Counted from the first letter of the whole stretch, positions 49,941-61,720 are shown. The stretch: 63,999 bases of DNA, filler included, from Folioceros fuciformis (GCA_049999805.1; 5 parts of 4 records of this genome joined end to end with filler, not necessarily neighbours in it); one strand, 5' to 3'. Numbers and translations: made by a program. Notes: generated by a model not told the origin, from the letters alone.

Positions 49941-52900
49941 AGGATAGTCCGCTGGTGGAATCCAATCTGCTGTGACAATAGAAGGATCAAGATTGGGCAA
50001 GTGGCAAGGTGCGCAATTCTTGGTGTGGTCAGTGGTGATCCGACCATCTGAGCCTTGCAATACCAGGATGCCATTAGGCTTGACCTCCTAAATCCGCAAC
50101 ACATGCCGACTGCTAGAAGTGTCCAGGGCATCTGAGGTCTGCCTCTGCAGGTAAACAAAGTCTCCTACCTGGAACTTCCTGAGCTTGGGCCTAAAACTGC
50201 CTCCCCTAGTGTGTGCATAACGAAGGGTATCCCTATGCTGGGCAATGTGCAAGTTAGCCATTGCCATGGGCATGGCCTGTTTGAACAAGGCTGCCCTGTT
50301 ACCTATCACACGTGCCCATGTAGCTGCATCATCCAGCTTGACAACTTCTAGCATTTGTTTGGCTATAGAACTAGGTGGAATTGGTTCTCTGCCAAACAAG
50401 AGGAAGTAAGGGGAAAAATGGGCAAGGGCAGCATGCTTGCTCATGCGGTAACCCATTGCAATATATGGAAGCATGAGATCCCAATCTGTTTTGGGTTCTC
50501 GGAGACACAGCTTGCGAAGCCCCTTCTTCATAGTCTGGACCATGCGCTCGGCTAAGCCATCAACCTGCGGGTGGTCCCGGCTAGTTCTCCTGTGGTCAAT
50601 AAGGGCTGCATCCATTAGATCCTGGAATTCTCCTCGAAACTCAGAACCCTGATATGTGAGACACTCTGCGCAGCCACCAAACCTACTGAGCACACATTGT
50701 AGGAAGGCTTGTGAGGTACTCCTAGAGGTCTTGTCTGGCAGGGCCACTACCTCCACCCACTTGCTGAAGTGTTCCATCATGATCATCGCATACAGGTTGC
50801 CTCGTGGAGACTGCGGGAGCTCACCCATCAGGTCGCATGACCATCTGAAGAATAAACCCATGATGGGCAAAGGGTGCAGCTCTGGGTGCTGCATGGTGAA
50901 GGAAGCCTTGACACGGTCGCATTGCTCGCAACAGGCTACTCGTTCCTTCACTTGTTCATGCATTCGATTCCAGTAGAAATAGGGAGTCAACAGGCTGTAG
51001 GTGCGTTTGACCCCAAAATGACCCATGTCATCATGCACCCTTTTGATGAGGGCAGCACGATCTGCTGGTGGGGGTACCAATCGCTCCACTCCTTGAGCCT
51101 GTTGACGGATGAGATGTCCGTCCCGCCAACAATACTTGGTAGCCCGTTGGTGAACTCGTTCCCTTGTGGCCGCGGTCCAAGTGGGGTCCTCTCTACCTGT
51201 CTGCACATACTGAAGGGTAGCTGGATCCTCCCAAATATCCTTGGAGGATTGCTGAGCTGCACCTACAGGCACCTGTCCCAAGCAAGTCATGGCCACCAGA
51301 GCCGATACGGCAAGCATTGTGCTGTACTCTTCATCTTGGCGAGCTCCAGTGGTATCCACACAACTGCTGTCAGGATTTCGTGACAAGGTATCAGCATTCT
51401 GGTGCTTCACTCCTGGCCGATGTTCAACCTGGAATTCGTAATCTTGAAGGATCATGGCCCAATGTGCGAGTTTGCCACTGAGCTTGGTGTTGGTCATCAG
51501 CCACTTGAGTGGTTGATGGTCTGTCACGAGTGTGAACTTCTGACCATATAAATATGGTCTGAAGTGGCACACTGCCCACACAGCAGCGAGGCATTCACCC
51601 TCGTAGCTGCTATAGTTGGCTTCAACTCGATTGTTGCTACGCAAGGCGTAAGCAACCACACGCTCACAACCTGCTTCATCCTGTTGAGCCAGCACAGCCC
51701 CTAGCCCTAGACTACTCCAATCTGTGTGAACTACAAAGGGCTTGTTAAAATTGGGTCTGGCCAACATTGGTGCAACTGTTAGCTCCAGCTTTAAGGTGTC
51801 AAAAGCTTGTTGTGCCTGCTCTGCCCATGTCCACTCTACATCCTTGCGCAGCAGATCATTAAGAGGCTTGGCAATCCTGCTGAAATTGGGTATGTATACT
51901 CGATAGTAATTGCATAACCCTAGAAATGAACGCAGGGCTGATACGGTGGTCGGTTCCTTAACCTGCATAATTGCCTGAACCTTGGCAGCATGTGGGGTGA
52001 CACCATTGGGGACAATTTTGTGACCCAAATACGCCACAGTGCTCATGCCAAACTCACACTTGGCTGGGTGGCACGTGAGTTGTGCCTTCCGTAATCTTAT
52101 AAACAGGTCTTCCAGGTGTACCAAATGATCCTTGAAGTCCATGCTGTGGACTAGCACATCATCAATGTAGCACATGAGATAGCCGGCTCCAGCTAGTACT
52201 ATGTCCATGATGCGCTGAAAGGTCACTGGCGCATTCTTGAATCCAAAGGGCATCACTAGCCATTCCCATAGCTGTTGAGAACCATGGAAGGCTGTCTTCT
52301 TGATATCTTCAGCTGCCACTGGGACCTGGTTAAACCCTTGTCGCAGGTCCAGCGTGGAGAAGAACATAGACTATCCAAGACGGTCAAAGATCTCCTCTGG
52401 TGTTGGCATTGGGTACCGATCCTGGGCAGTTACTGCATTGATGGGCCTATAGTTGCCACACATCCTCTTCTCAGTCCACAAACCCTGACTGTCCTTTTTG
52501 GGTGGCATCACAGTGGTAGCAGCGTAGTCACTGTTAGAGGGACGTATTAGGTTCGCCTCATACAGCTCCTTGCATCTTGCATCCACCATGTCCCATTCCG
52601 TCTTGCTCAACCTATACCGTCGCCTGTATACAGGCTCTTGGGTGGTAAGGTTGATGCGAAAGGTTGTGACATTGCACCTCTTGAGCTCATGCATGGAAAA
52701 GGCAAAACAGTCCCTGTACCTAAGCAGCAAGTTACGAATGCGGTCCTGTTGCTTCAGACTGAGTTCTGAGCCCATTTTCCACGGGAAATTAACAGCAGAC
52801 AGCTTGGGTGTAGCTCCTGGATCCTCCTTTTCTGCCTTGGCTTGATCAGATGCTGAGTAAATAGTACGTGATGCCAATACTGCGTACTCCCCCCCCCCAG

Positions 52901-53037
52901 CATCTAGCTAGAAAGGCAGCTGTGTGTATCCTGGGAATGGGAGGTGAACAGCATCTCCAGGGCAGATGCTAGCAAACAAGCCTGGGAGTAGCATGGGAGT
53001 GACCTGAGTGTGCAGCTGAAAGGCAAGGCACAAACTC

Positions 53038-53975
53038 ACCAACCATGTGATGGCATGGAGGTCCATGGCTCGTCCTAGAGTGCCCTTGCGCTGCCGATTG
53101 GTGACAGTGGGGGCCGCTGTACTATGGGTTTGAAAACCCATGAGTCGCTCTCGCTCCTCAACTGTTGGTTCTTCCCACCGTTGCGTTTCAGTATTCAATA
53201 ATAAGCCAGGTCCTTCTCCTCTGTAAGCAAATGAACCCGGAAAGCTGACCAGCGTGGGCAACGTCAGCCTTGGCTGACCTGGAATGTTGGTCTTGAACCA
53301 AGGGGCTTTCTCACTGGCCACCACAGGTCGTGGCTGGTGGTAGTTCTCCAATACAGTACAAAGTTGCAGCCCTGGATCCCTGCTAGTGTTCCAGAGAGCC
53401 AAGTCCAACACGGAGACATGGACCAAATTGGTCCAGTAGTTACGAAGCCTGTGGGCATAGCTACCCACCTGCACAGCATCCATGAGGAATGGTGGCCCTG
53501 CAAAATGTCGCACAATGGCCATATCCTGCTGCACCTGTGGCCGGGTATCAAACTGGGCTGGTGTGTTCTCGAGCAGGTATGCACATTGAGAGTTACTATC
53601 TTGTGCCCATGCCAAGATTTGTTGGAGATCTCTAAACAGACCAGAACGTGGATCTGTCAACCCTGCACCTACCCCAGCTTGAGAGAATCCTTGGCATTCC
53701 CAGCCAGCTATGACCATGTCGATGGGGCCCAAGGCTTGGATGTGGCCCTGCTGTATATACTGGACGTCCTGAGGTAAGGACGTGAATGTATTAGCCAAAG
53801 CCTCAGCTGACAATTGCTGTGGGAAACGATGTTGTAGACCCTGCAGCCGAAATGCAGCAATTTGCCTGGCAACGGGGTCTTTGTCACAGTAAAGGTACCT
53901 TTGAATGCTCAAACCTGTCAAGAGCAAAGCTTCTAACCCGGTACAAATACCACCAAACAGTTCAACGACTGTAAG
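53038..53975 (-). other. DNA (cytosine-5)-methyltransferase domain, DNMT3-like, within the polyprotein
   Basis: Motifs in canonical order: I VVELFGGICTG, II CDKD, III QDV, IV DMVIAGWECQGFS (catalytic Cys at 53696-53694), VI YLLENT, VIII DAVQVGSYAHRLRNYWTNL, IX ERERLMGF, X RKGTLGRAM. Confidence 0.9.
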
Positions 53976-56900
53976 GGCTAGCGCAGCCGGTGCCCATATG
54001 ATGACAGTATTGTCCACATAAGATGTGGGACAAGATGATAGGGTCCCGGCCTCCAACAATTGTTGCACCTTGCTGACCTGCTCTTGTGCCTTGGTCAGCA
54101 ATGCCTCTGCCTGCTCTGGACAGTCAGGCTGAACTAGAGCTTGCTGCAAACTAGTACACCTCACTTGGGCCTCTGCAACATTGGTCTCTAGATGCTTGTC
54201 CACTTGGTATGTGTCTTGGACAAGCTCCACCACATTGCTACTTTTGATACCAACTACAGCCGGGCTTTTCACCAAAGTGGCTACATCAACCTCCACCTGG
54301 CCATGCAAATCTAATGGCAGATGTGCAATGCGACGACCTCCTTGCTTCCAGTCAGGCCTATAGAAGGCTTGCTCAGTCCAGTTATCCACACCAACTCCTG
54401 GTGGAAAGAGGAACTCTTGCCCCAACAGCAAATCATAGTTGGTGGCTGTGGTTACCAGGCAGGGCAAGGACAATGTCATGGCATCTGGCGTGCCCGAGTT
54501 CAAGGTGATGTCCAGGGGTTGGACTGTCTCACCACAGACTGGTTCAACAGCCCCGGATGCCGTCCTGATGTTCCAAGGCGAGGTATGCAATGCATCACCC
54601 TGAAGATGCAACCTTGCAGCTAGAATCTTCCCAACGAGTACTGGTTGGGCTCCCGTGTCTAGCAACACCACTCTGGGTGCATACCCATTGATTGTGACGT
54701 GCCCACAACGATTGTCAACAACTGCATTGCTGACACGAGCTTGCAGTCGATTGGTGGACTGCACTCGCGGTTGGCTGTCAACTCCCTCAACTAGCTGTAC
54801 AGTGTAAGAGCCATTGCAGTGACTTGGTGCTGTCTGCCCACCTGTAGAGTGTGACATCGCTATTGGCAGCACCCATTGTGAAGTGTACGCTGTACCCAGG
54901 CTAGGGTCTGCAGATGCAGCCGTGGCTTCAGCAGTTTGAAGAACTTCCTTCAGCCTGCTGGTCGTGATGCCCATGTCCTGCAGTGTGAAAACTGGCACCT
55001 GAGTTAGCTTGGCAGCCAGTTGTGTGACTGTGGTGGTTTGGGGTAAGAGATACACATGCTCTGGTGTTGGCATGCTATGGCCAGGTGTTCTACTCGTGGG
55101 CAGCTGTTCCACACGCAGCGTTGAGTGCTCCTGGCCTCGTACCGGAATTGCAGACCCCGGTGGCAGCGGGGCAAAGGACTTTGGCATGGTAGCCCTAGCC
55201 CCTCGATTCCTGGTGATAGGCCCTAAGGCAGGTGCTATTGTTCCCATGACCACCTGTAAATTCTGCCCCACCCATGTGGCTGGCAACTCCACCTCCATGC
55301 TGCTCTCACCAATTCTGTCAACCATACATACTTGGTGTGCTGGGCCATAATCCTCATCCTCTGGTCCTGGTACCAACTTCACCACATTGGCTGGTTTGGA
55401 AGAGCCGGTGATGCTGGACAGGTTGGCTGTCAAGACTCCAAGTTGAGCTGTCATGGCAGCCATGGAAGCCTCAAGGGAGCTGACCTTGTCAGCAGTGGCG
55501 GCTGCCTTAGCCTTGGCCTTGTCACGCTGCTGCTTATTGCGGGACAACCCAACAACGCTCCTAGTTCCTCCTGCTTCCACACTAGCAATTGTGGCTCCTG
55601 CAGACCCTACGGTACCAATCTTCTGGTATCTTCGTTCGGGGTGCTTTTGGAAGCACACAGTAACCACGTGTCCATTCTTCTGGCAATGGGTGCAGTAGAG
55701 TCCCTCCGGAGGACACTTGCATGCAGGGGACATGTGCTCAGGGCTGCCACAATGGTTACACATGGCTACCACTGCTGCCGTTGGAGCTGCTGCTGAAGCT
55801 ACCTTAACTGGCTTAATCTGACCAGCCTTGGCTCCTGCACCTGTGTTAGCTGCCCCCTTGCTAGAGAACATGGACTGGTAGTGCGTGAAGGCCTTGGAAT
55901 GCCGAGAGGCATAGGCCGAAAAGGCTACCTCCTTCTTCTCAGCTTCTTCATGCACTTGCTCCAAAGTATACTTGTCCCCATATTTGTCCACCAAGGATGT
56001 AACCAGCTGGAAATGAAACAACGGGTCTCCTTCAAGTGCAGTCAAAAACCTTTGCGCTGCTTCCTGATTTGTTAACATCCCTGTACCTTCCCTCAATTTC
56101 TGTAGCCTCCTGAAGCACATCTGGACTGTCTCCCCCTTTTTGCGAGCAAAGGCAGCAAGTTCTGCAATTTTCTCTGGGGTCTTCAGTGGGAATGCCCTCT
56201 CCAAAATAGCTAGGAACTCCTCCACTGGGTTCAGGTACTTGCAAGTGTGTAGAAACTCTTGCACACCAGCTGTGGCAGTAGCCCGCTCTGCTAGTGTCAA
56301 ATTCACCACCGTTGGAAGTGGTGTGGTGGCGGAGATGGTCTTGGCTACAATCTCAGCCTGATGGTCATTAATGGCTGCTGCCAGTTTGGCATTATATGCC
56401 AACTGTAGAGCCGAATGATGGGCTGGGTTAGGAGTGGCAATTGTGCCCGATAGCTCAGCCTGGTGAGCCTCGTACAAATCCAATGCCTCATCTGCTAAGT
56501 AGCTGGACAACTGTTCAAACATGTACTGGTGGTTGTAGGCAGCACCATGTTTGAACTTCACCCTGCTGATGACTGCATTGATGAACAAGCGGAAGTCCCT
56601 TAAGGATTGGGTGCTTGGTCTGCCTGAGAATTTCTCAGGCCTAAACCCTGATGAACCACCCTCCATGGTGTCTGACCCTTCAGACAAGTCACCCAGGCCT
56701 TGCCCTACACCAAGGACAGACCCAGCAAACCCTGGATGTGTCTGCTGTGACCTCACAAATGATTGCTGTGAATAGAGAGACCCTTGTTGTTCAGGTTCCT
56801 CGTCACAAACTAGCTGACCCCCTAAATTTGAGCTAGTTAGCACAACAATCTTGCCCAAGTCTAAGAGGGGTGACCAGCTGGGTTGCCCAACGGATGTTGC

Positions 56901-57584
56901 TGGTTCCAAGTCCTCTCTCAAGTCTTCTTCACTTGCAAGTTGGCGTCGTCGAGCTGCCCATCTTCTCCTCCGTTGTGCACGCTCCGGTGATACCCTGATA
57001 GGAATGTCTCGACTCCTCAATCGGTAACGTAGGCTGGCCTCTTGCTGATCTGGTTGCATACCCCATGCACCCCTGTTACACCTACAGCTGGTGCTTGGCA
57101 AAAACAGTGAGGTGCTGTGCTGCAATTGACAACATCGGGCCTAGGGAAGTGACTCTCGCTGGGACACCACACACTGCTTCAGTTGTACCCACAGTACCTT
57201 CAGGCTTCTACTGGCTGTTGCTGGCCTCCAAATCAAACCCTTGTTCTCAAAGGCAAAACGAGCCCCTAAACATGTGGTTCGAACAAACCACGCATGCAAG
57301 AAATGAGGGTTAGCTCCTCCCAAATAATCTGATGGTGGCCTCCCTTCATGCCGCGTCTGGTCGTAGCTTACAGCTGCCCCCCACAGTCTGAATGAGTGTG
57401 AGCAAAGCTCAGCTACTCCCTATCCAGATAATCCTAGTTTGGGAAAATCCTACCCCTGGAAAATCTCAATTCCCTAGGCTTGCTGGGCAGGTGTAACTGT
57501 GATCAGAAAGCAAAGAAACACAACTTTCTTGGAGTACTGAGGGAACAAGAAATCTACCCCTCCCCAAAGCATCCATGATCAGCC

Positions 57585-57912
57585 ATGTCCCTCTTCCTGC
57601 AGTGATCTGATCCGCAGTGAAAATCTAAGATCAGTCCCTGGAATCAGCTTAAGAGTGAGCACAAAGCATACCAAAATGTTTGCCTCTACAAGAAAAATCT
57701 GTTGGTATGTAGATCAAAGGGAGCCAAGCAGAATTGCGGCCGTTATGTCCTCCTCTTGCAGTGATCTGATCCACACTGAAAATCTAAGATCAGTCTCTGG
57801 AATCAGCTCAAAAGTAAGCGCAAAACATACCAAAATGTTCGCCTCTTCACGAAAAATCTGTTGGTATGTAGATCTAAGGCAGACAAGCGGAATTGCGGCC
57901 GTTATGTCCTCC
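57585..57912. repeat. 159 bp tandem duplication in the 5' leader of the DNMT element
   Basis: GCAGTGATCTGATCC...GAAAATCTAAGATCAGTC...CATACCAAAATGTT...GAATTGCGGCCGTTATGTCCTCCT at 159 bp spacing. Confidence 0.9.
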
Positions 57913-58348
57913 TGAAGTTTGACTTCCACACCCTCAAACCCCAAACCCGAGGCTTAAGTGCGTCAAATGCTGAGCGACTTGCTGGGGCTGCCTCGATGTG
58001 GTCTCTTGGCGGTGCCTTAGCTGCCAGCTCTCCTAAGCCCTGTCTATAGAGCCTTGGATCAACATGTAGCTGCTGCGAGTAGAAAGGTAGTTGCTACAAC
58101 ACTGAGCATGCACATTCCAGACTCACGGCTGCTACAAAGGAAGAGAGGGATTCTCCAAGGCTGCTGCCTGAATGCACATGTCTGGCCGCGCCCCTAGAGT
58201 CCCTACAAACCCTAAATCCCTAGCAATGCAAAGGGAAAATGACAGACTTCACACAAACGGGTCTGGATGGGTGCTCCACAAATGCTGCCTTGCTGTAGCT
58301 GCTTGGCTGCGCTCTAAGAGCTCCTCGCCTGTGCCCTCATTGCCTGAC

Positions 58349-58598
58349 AAAGGTAGTTGTCGAAGTAAGATGTTAGGCTGCTCACATGCGCCATAGCTCA
58401 CTCCGTGTCGTAAAGCTGCAAAAAGGGGACTGCCCTCGTCGGGCTGCCCAGAGTTGGTAAGTCACTAGCGGGATGCCACCATCTCCCTTACACCCTCAAT
58501 CTGCATAGCTCTTCCTTTCATAGACGGCTAGTGAACAGCAAAAAAAGGTTTAGGTCGTCCGGTGGTTCCTCTCATGAGCGACTTCGACAACTACCTTT
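58349..58598 (-). promoter_or_regulatory. Self-priming signature: PBS/U5 junction complementary to the putative transcript 5' end
   Basis: AAAGGTAGTTGTCGAAGT (58349-58366) is the exact reverse complement of ACTTCGACAACTACCTTT (58581-58598). TATA-like CATAAAAA (58623-58616, minus) lies ~25 nt upstream of the latter. Confidence 0.7.
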
Positions 58599-58831
58599 TT
58601 CCTCGCTGTGTTTAGTTTTTATGTTTGGTGCCCCTTCAAGCAGTTTTCCATGGGCTGTATGAGCCCACGTGCTTCTAGTGGGCAAGTAGCCATGGCTAGT
58701 ATTTTAGCCATTTACCTAATTTAGGTTGAGTTAGTTTAATCACCTATTATCTAATCAACTGAATTCCACTAAACTATCACGTTCACCATGATGCTCTACT
58801 ATAAGTCCATTTTTGCCACAATTTCACGACA
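58358..58831 (-). repeat. 5' LTR (474 bp; TGTCG...CGACA termini)
   Basis: Matches 49138-49603; 5-bp terminal inverted repeat; similarity stops exactly at 58831, where an unrelated RT frame resumes. Confidence 0.9.
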
Positions 58832-59645
58832 CAAACAAACTGCTAGCCAAGAGAAGCAAGTGCGTTTTCATGAGGGAGAAATGTGAATACCTTGGCCATG
58901 TGATCAGTGCAGTGGGCATCCAGGTGGATACACGTAAGGTTAGCGCTTTGATGAACTGGCCCTTACCACAGGACATCACCCAGCTCTGGGGGTTCCTAGG
59001 TATGGCTGGTTTTTACAGGCGTTTTATCAAGGGCTTCACTAGTATTGCTATACCCTTGACATATGCTTTTAGGCATTCAGCANNNNNNNNNNNNNNNNNN
59101 NNNNNNNNNNNNNNNNNNNNNNNNNNNNNNNNNNNNNNNNNNNNNNNNNNNNNNNNNNNNNNNNNNNNNNNNNNNNNNNNNNTGAAAGTAGGAAGTTGAA
59201 AGGAGCACAACTGAACTATCCAATGCATGACAAGGAAATGCTGGCCATTACACATGCCCTAAAAGTTTGGCGACATTACCTCTTAGGACAGAAAGTGCTG
59301 TGTCACACGGATCATCCCTCCTTGCAGCACTTTTTCTCTCAGCCCAACTTGAATGCTCGGCAACAATGATGGGGTGAATCCCTTGTAGACTACCACCTAG
59401 AGATCCAGCATGTGTCAGGCTCGACCAAAGTGGTTGCAGATGCCTTGAGTCGGCATGCCTGCACCCTCCTGAAAACATAGTCCCAAATAGTTCAGTTAGT
59501 ACGAGATGGGATTCCCCATGACCCAGCCCTGTTGCAACTGTACAAACAATTATTGACAGATGCACAAATAGGGATCCCCACAGCACTTACCCAGAAGTAT
59601 TCCCTCCAGGACTCTTGTGTTTATAGAAAGGGGAGATTGATCAGA
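58832..59645 (+). mobile_element. Older degenerate Ty3/Gypsy RT-RNase H fragment (insertion target of the DNMT element); contains a 100-N gap
   Basis: NKLLAKRSKC...EYLGHVIS...[33 protein letters not shown]...HTDH; stops and frameshifts. Confidence 0.85.
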
Positions 59646-59661
59646 CATTGGTGGCAGGATG

Positions 59662-60299
59662 TGCTAGGAAAGTCTAAGTAAGTGGCTGGTGATAGCCGAC
59701 TAGGCTAGTGGTCTTATTAAAATAATATTTCTCATGCTAGAGAGAGGTGAAGTCAGAGAGAGAGGCTCCTATAAGATCAGGTGAGCCTGTAGGAGGCAGG
59801 TTGTCACTTTGCGAGCTCTCTCAGGTTGTCCCTGCTTGGATACAGCAGTGTGTGTGCCGGCTGTGCATGTGTGCAGCGTCTGGTAAAGCTTTGAGAAGTG
59901 GTGGCCAGGGTCAAGGGCGAGGTCCCTTTTAATTCTTGATCGCGCTCTCCGTGTTGTGCCCCCATGATTTTTCACTTTCATTTCCTCGCAGGGCTGGAGT
60001 GAGTGCCGACCGTGCTTGCATGGTGTCTGGTAGGATCGTGAGTGGCGGCATGCTTTTCTTTGGGGTTAGTCTAGTGACTCTTGCCGAGTAGGGGGAGTCC
60101 ATAGGGAAGCGTAAAAGGTAGTGGTGTCGTTGTTGGTGTTGGATATAAAACCCTAACATAACTTATGGCTTAGTCTAACCAAAGGTTACTCAGTTAACCC
60201 AAAAGACACACACACAATTTTTGTATTTAAGGATATTTTTCCTTTTATTTATTATTACAATGTTTTCGCTTCCGCAATTAGAAGCATGGTATCAGAGCC
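59662..60299 (+). mobile_element. LTR-like segment followed by tRNA-iMet PBS
   Basis: TGCT...AGCA ends (left end uncertain), then TGGTATCAGAGCC at 60287-60299. Confidence 0.5.
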
Positions 60300-60375
60300 T
60301 AGCTATATGTGTTTTCACTCTAGAATCGGGCATTGACAAGGGCACATTATTTGACAATGTGTCTTGATAATGCCA

Positions 60376-60620
60376 AAGAGCATTGACAAGACACATGCCA
60401 AAGTCAAGGAGTACTTCCATTGGGAAGGGATGCGCGCTGACTGCATAGAATGGGTGGGCTCCTGCTAGTCCTGCCAGCAAGCCAAGCCTAGTCATCTGAA
60501 GACACCAGGTCTACTATTACCCTTGAAAATTCCAATTGGTCGATTCAGGTCAATTGTCGTGGACTTCATCACCACCTGCCACGTACCCGTTCTGGAAAAG
60601 AAATCTTACCTTGATAGTTG
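60376..60620 (+). mobile_element. Gypsy integrase zinc-finger/core fragment
   Basis: IDKTHAKVKEYFHWEGMRAD...SC*SCQQAK...PGLLLPLKIP...VDFIT. Confidence 0.75.
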
Positions 60621-60639
60621 GCGCCCTTGCTGGTGGTTG

Positions 60640-61720
60640 TAATTGGTGTCAGTGCCAAGGGCAATGGGAAAGTGAGTGTCAGAAGAAGGAGGCCAGTGAA
60701 CCGCGAAGGGACCCTAAGATTGCTAATAATGTCACTACTTCTAAAGTTAAAACTTCTAACAGAAATTCTATTGCCTTGGCCATTTGCCTATTGGCGTCTG
60801 TAGATAGGAACTCCTGGCTTCTTGACTCAGCTGCCCCTACTCACATCTATATTCATAGATGGATGTTTACTACTTACACTCCTATGAATGGTACTCATCG
60901 CTTTGATCTCCTTAGCGATGATTCTAGTCTCTCCATTGCAAGGACTAGATCTGTTTACTTTGAGCTACATAATGGCTCTTCTCTTCATTTGCAAGATGTG
61001 CTTCATGTCCCTCAAATGGCCAAGAATATGATCTCAGTAAGTTAGTTGGTACATGGAGGAGATTACTCCTTGGAGTTTGTCGGAGGCGCTAGTCTCCTTA
61101 AACGGACATTTGCGCCTACTTCAATCATAGCATGTGGTCTTCCTTGACATGATTTGTATGTCTTCACAAGCAAACTCAAGCTCCCATCATCAACTTCTCA
61201 ACAGTCACCCTCTTCAGCTATTTGTCGATGTGGTGCGTTCTCCACTAGGGGACACTTCTTTATGGCATCTCATACTTGGAAATATTAACCATGCCAAGTT
61301 GCTAGATATGTCGCAACATGACTTGTTTAGGGATAAACTGCCTACCTTTACACAGACACCACCCCTTTGTGAAGCTTGTGTTTATGCTAAACAATGCAAA
61401 TCTCCGTATCCTACGCTTCCTGCTCGCAAAGCTTCTTAGCCTTTGGAGCTTGTCCATGTTGACTTATGTGGACTGCTCCCTATTGCTTCTCTTGGCGGAG
61501 CGCATCATTTTATGACAGTCGTCGATGATTTCAATCGGTATGCATTTGCTTTTCTGCTTCGCTCTAAGAGTGATTTCTTTGACGTGTTCTCCTTCGTTGT
61601 CACTATGGTTGAATTACAAAAAGGCTGTAAGCTTCAGTGTATTTGATCTGACAATGCAGGTAAACTTAATAATAATCAGTTTAAGGAATTTTTCTCTAAC
61701 AGGGGGATTCTTAATGATAA
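60640..61720 (+). mobile_element. Degenerate Ty1/Copia fragment (protease, GAG-pre-integrase, integrase)
   Basis: WLLDSAAPTHI, LQDVLHVPQMAKNMISVS, LWHLILG, CEACVYAKQ, ELVHVDLCG, VDDFNRY, *SDNAG. Confidence 0.85.

Larger units (their letters stand above)
49767..57059 (-). pseudogene. Gag-PR-DNMT-RT-RNase H-IN-PHD polyprotein frame with three in-frame TAG codons
   Basis: ORFs 52908-57125, 52371-52877, 50088-52367 and 49767-50060 are all in one frame, separated only by TAG at 52908-52910, 52371-52373 and 50088-50090. Motifs: CNHCGSPEHMSPAC, CTHCQKNGHVVTVC, LLDTGAQ, MPFGFKNAP, YIDD, HTDWS, HDDMGH...CEQC, WSCDL, GLAERM. Confidence 0.9.
49138..58831 (-). mobile_element. Near full-length Ty3/Gypsy LTR retrotransposon encoding a C5 DNA methyltransferase and a PHD finger
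   Basis: Two LTRs (58358-58831 and 49138-49603; 5 differences in 466 bp by manual alignment) flank one reading frame: Gag-CCHC-CCHC-PR-DNMT-RT-RH-IN-PHD. Confidence 0.95.

Noticed and set aside
52889-52898. Ribosomal frameshift at the G10 run between DNMT and RT
   Set aside because: The upstream and downstream ORFs are already in the same frame; only a TAG separates them.
53038-53975. Bacterial restriction-modification methylase or a host DRM/CMT gene
   Set aside because: It is in frame within an LTR-bounded Gag-Pol, has no introns, UBA, BAH or chromo domains, keeps an unpermuted motif order, and has no adjacent endonuclease.
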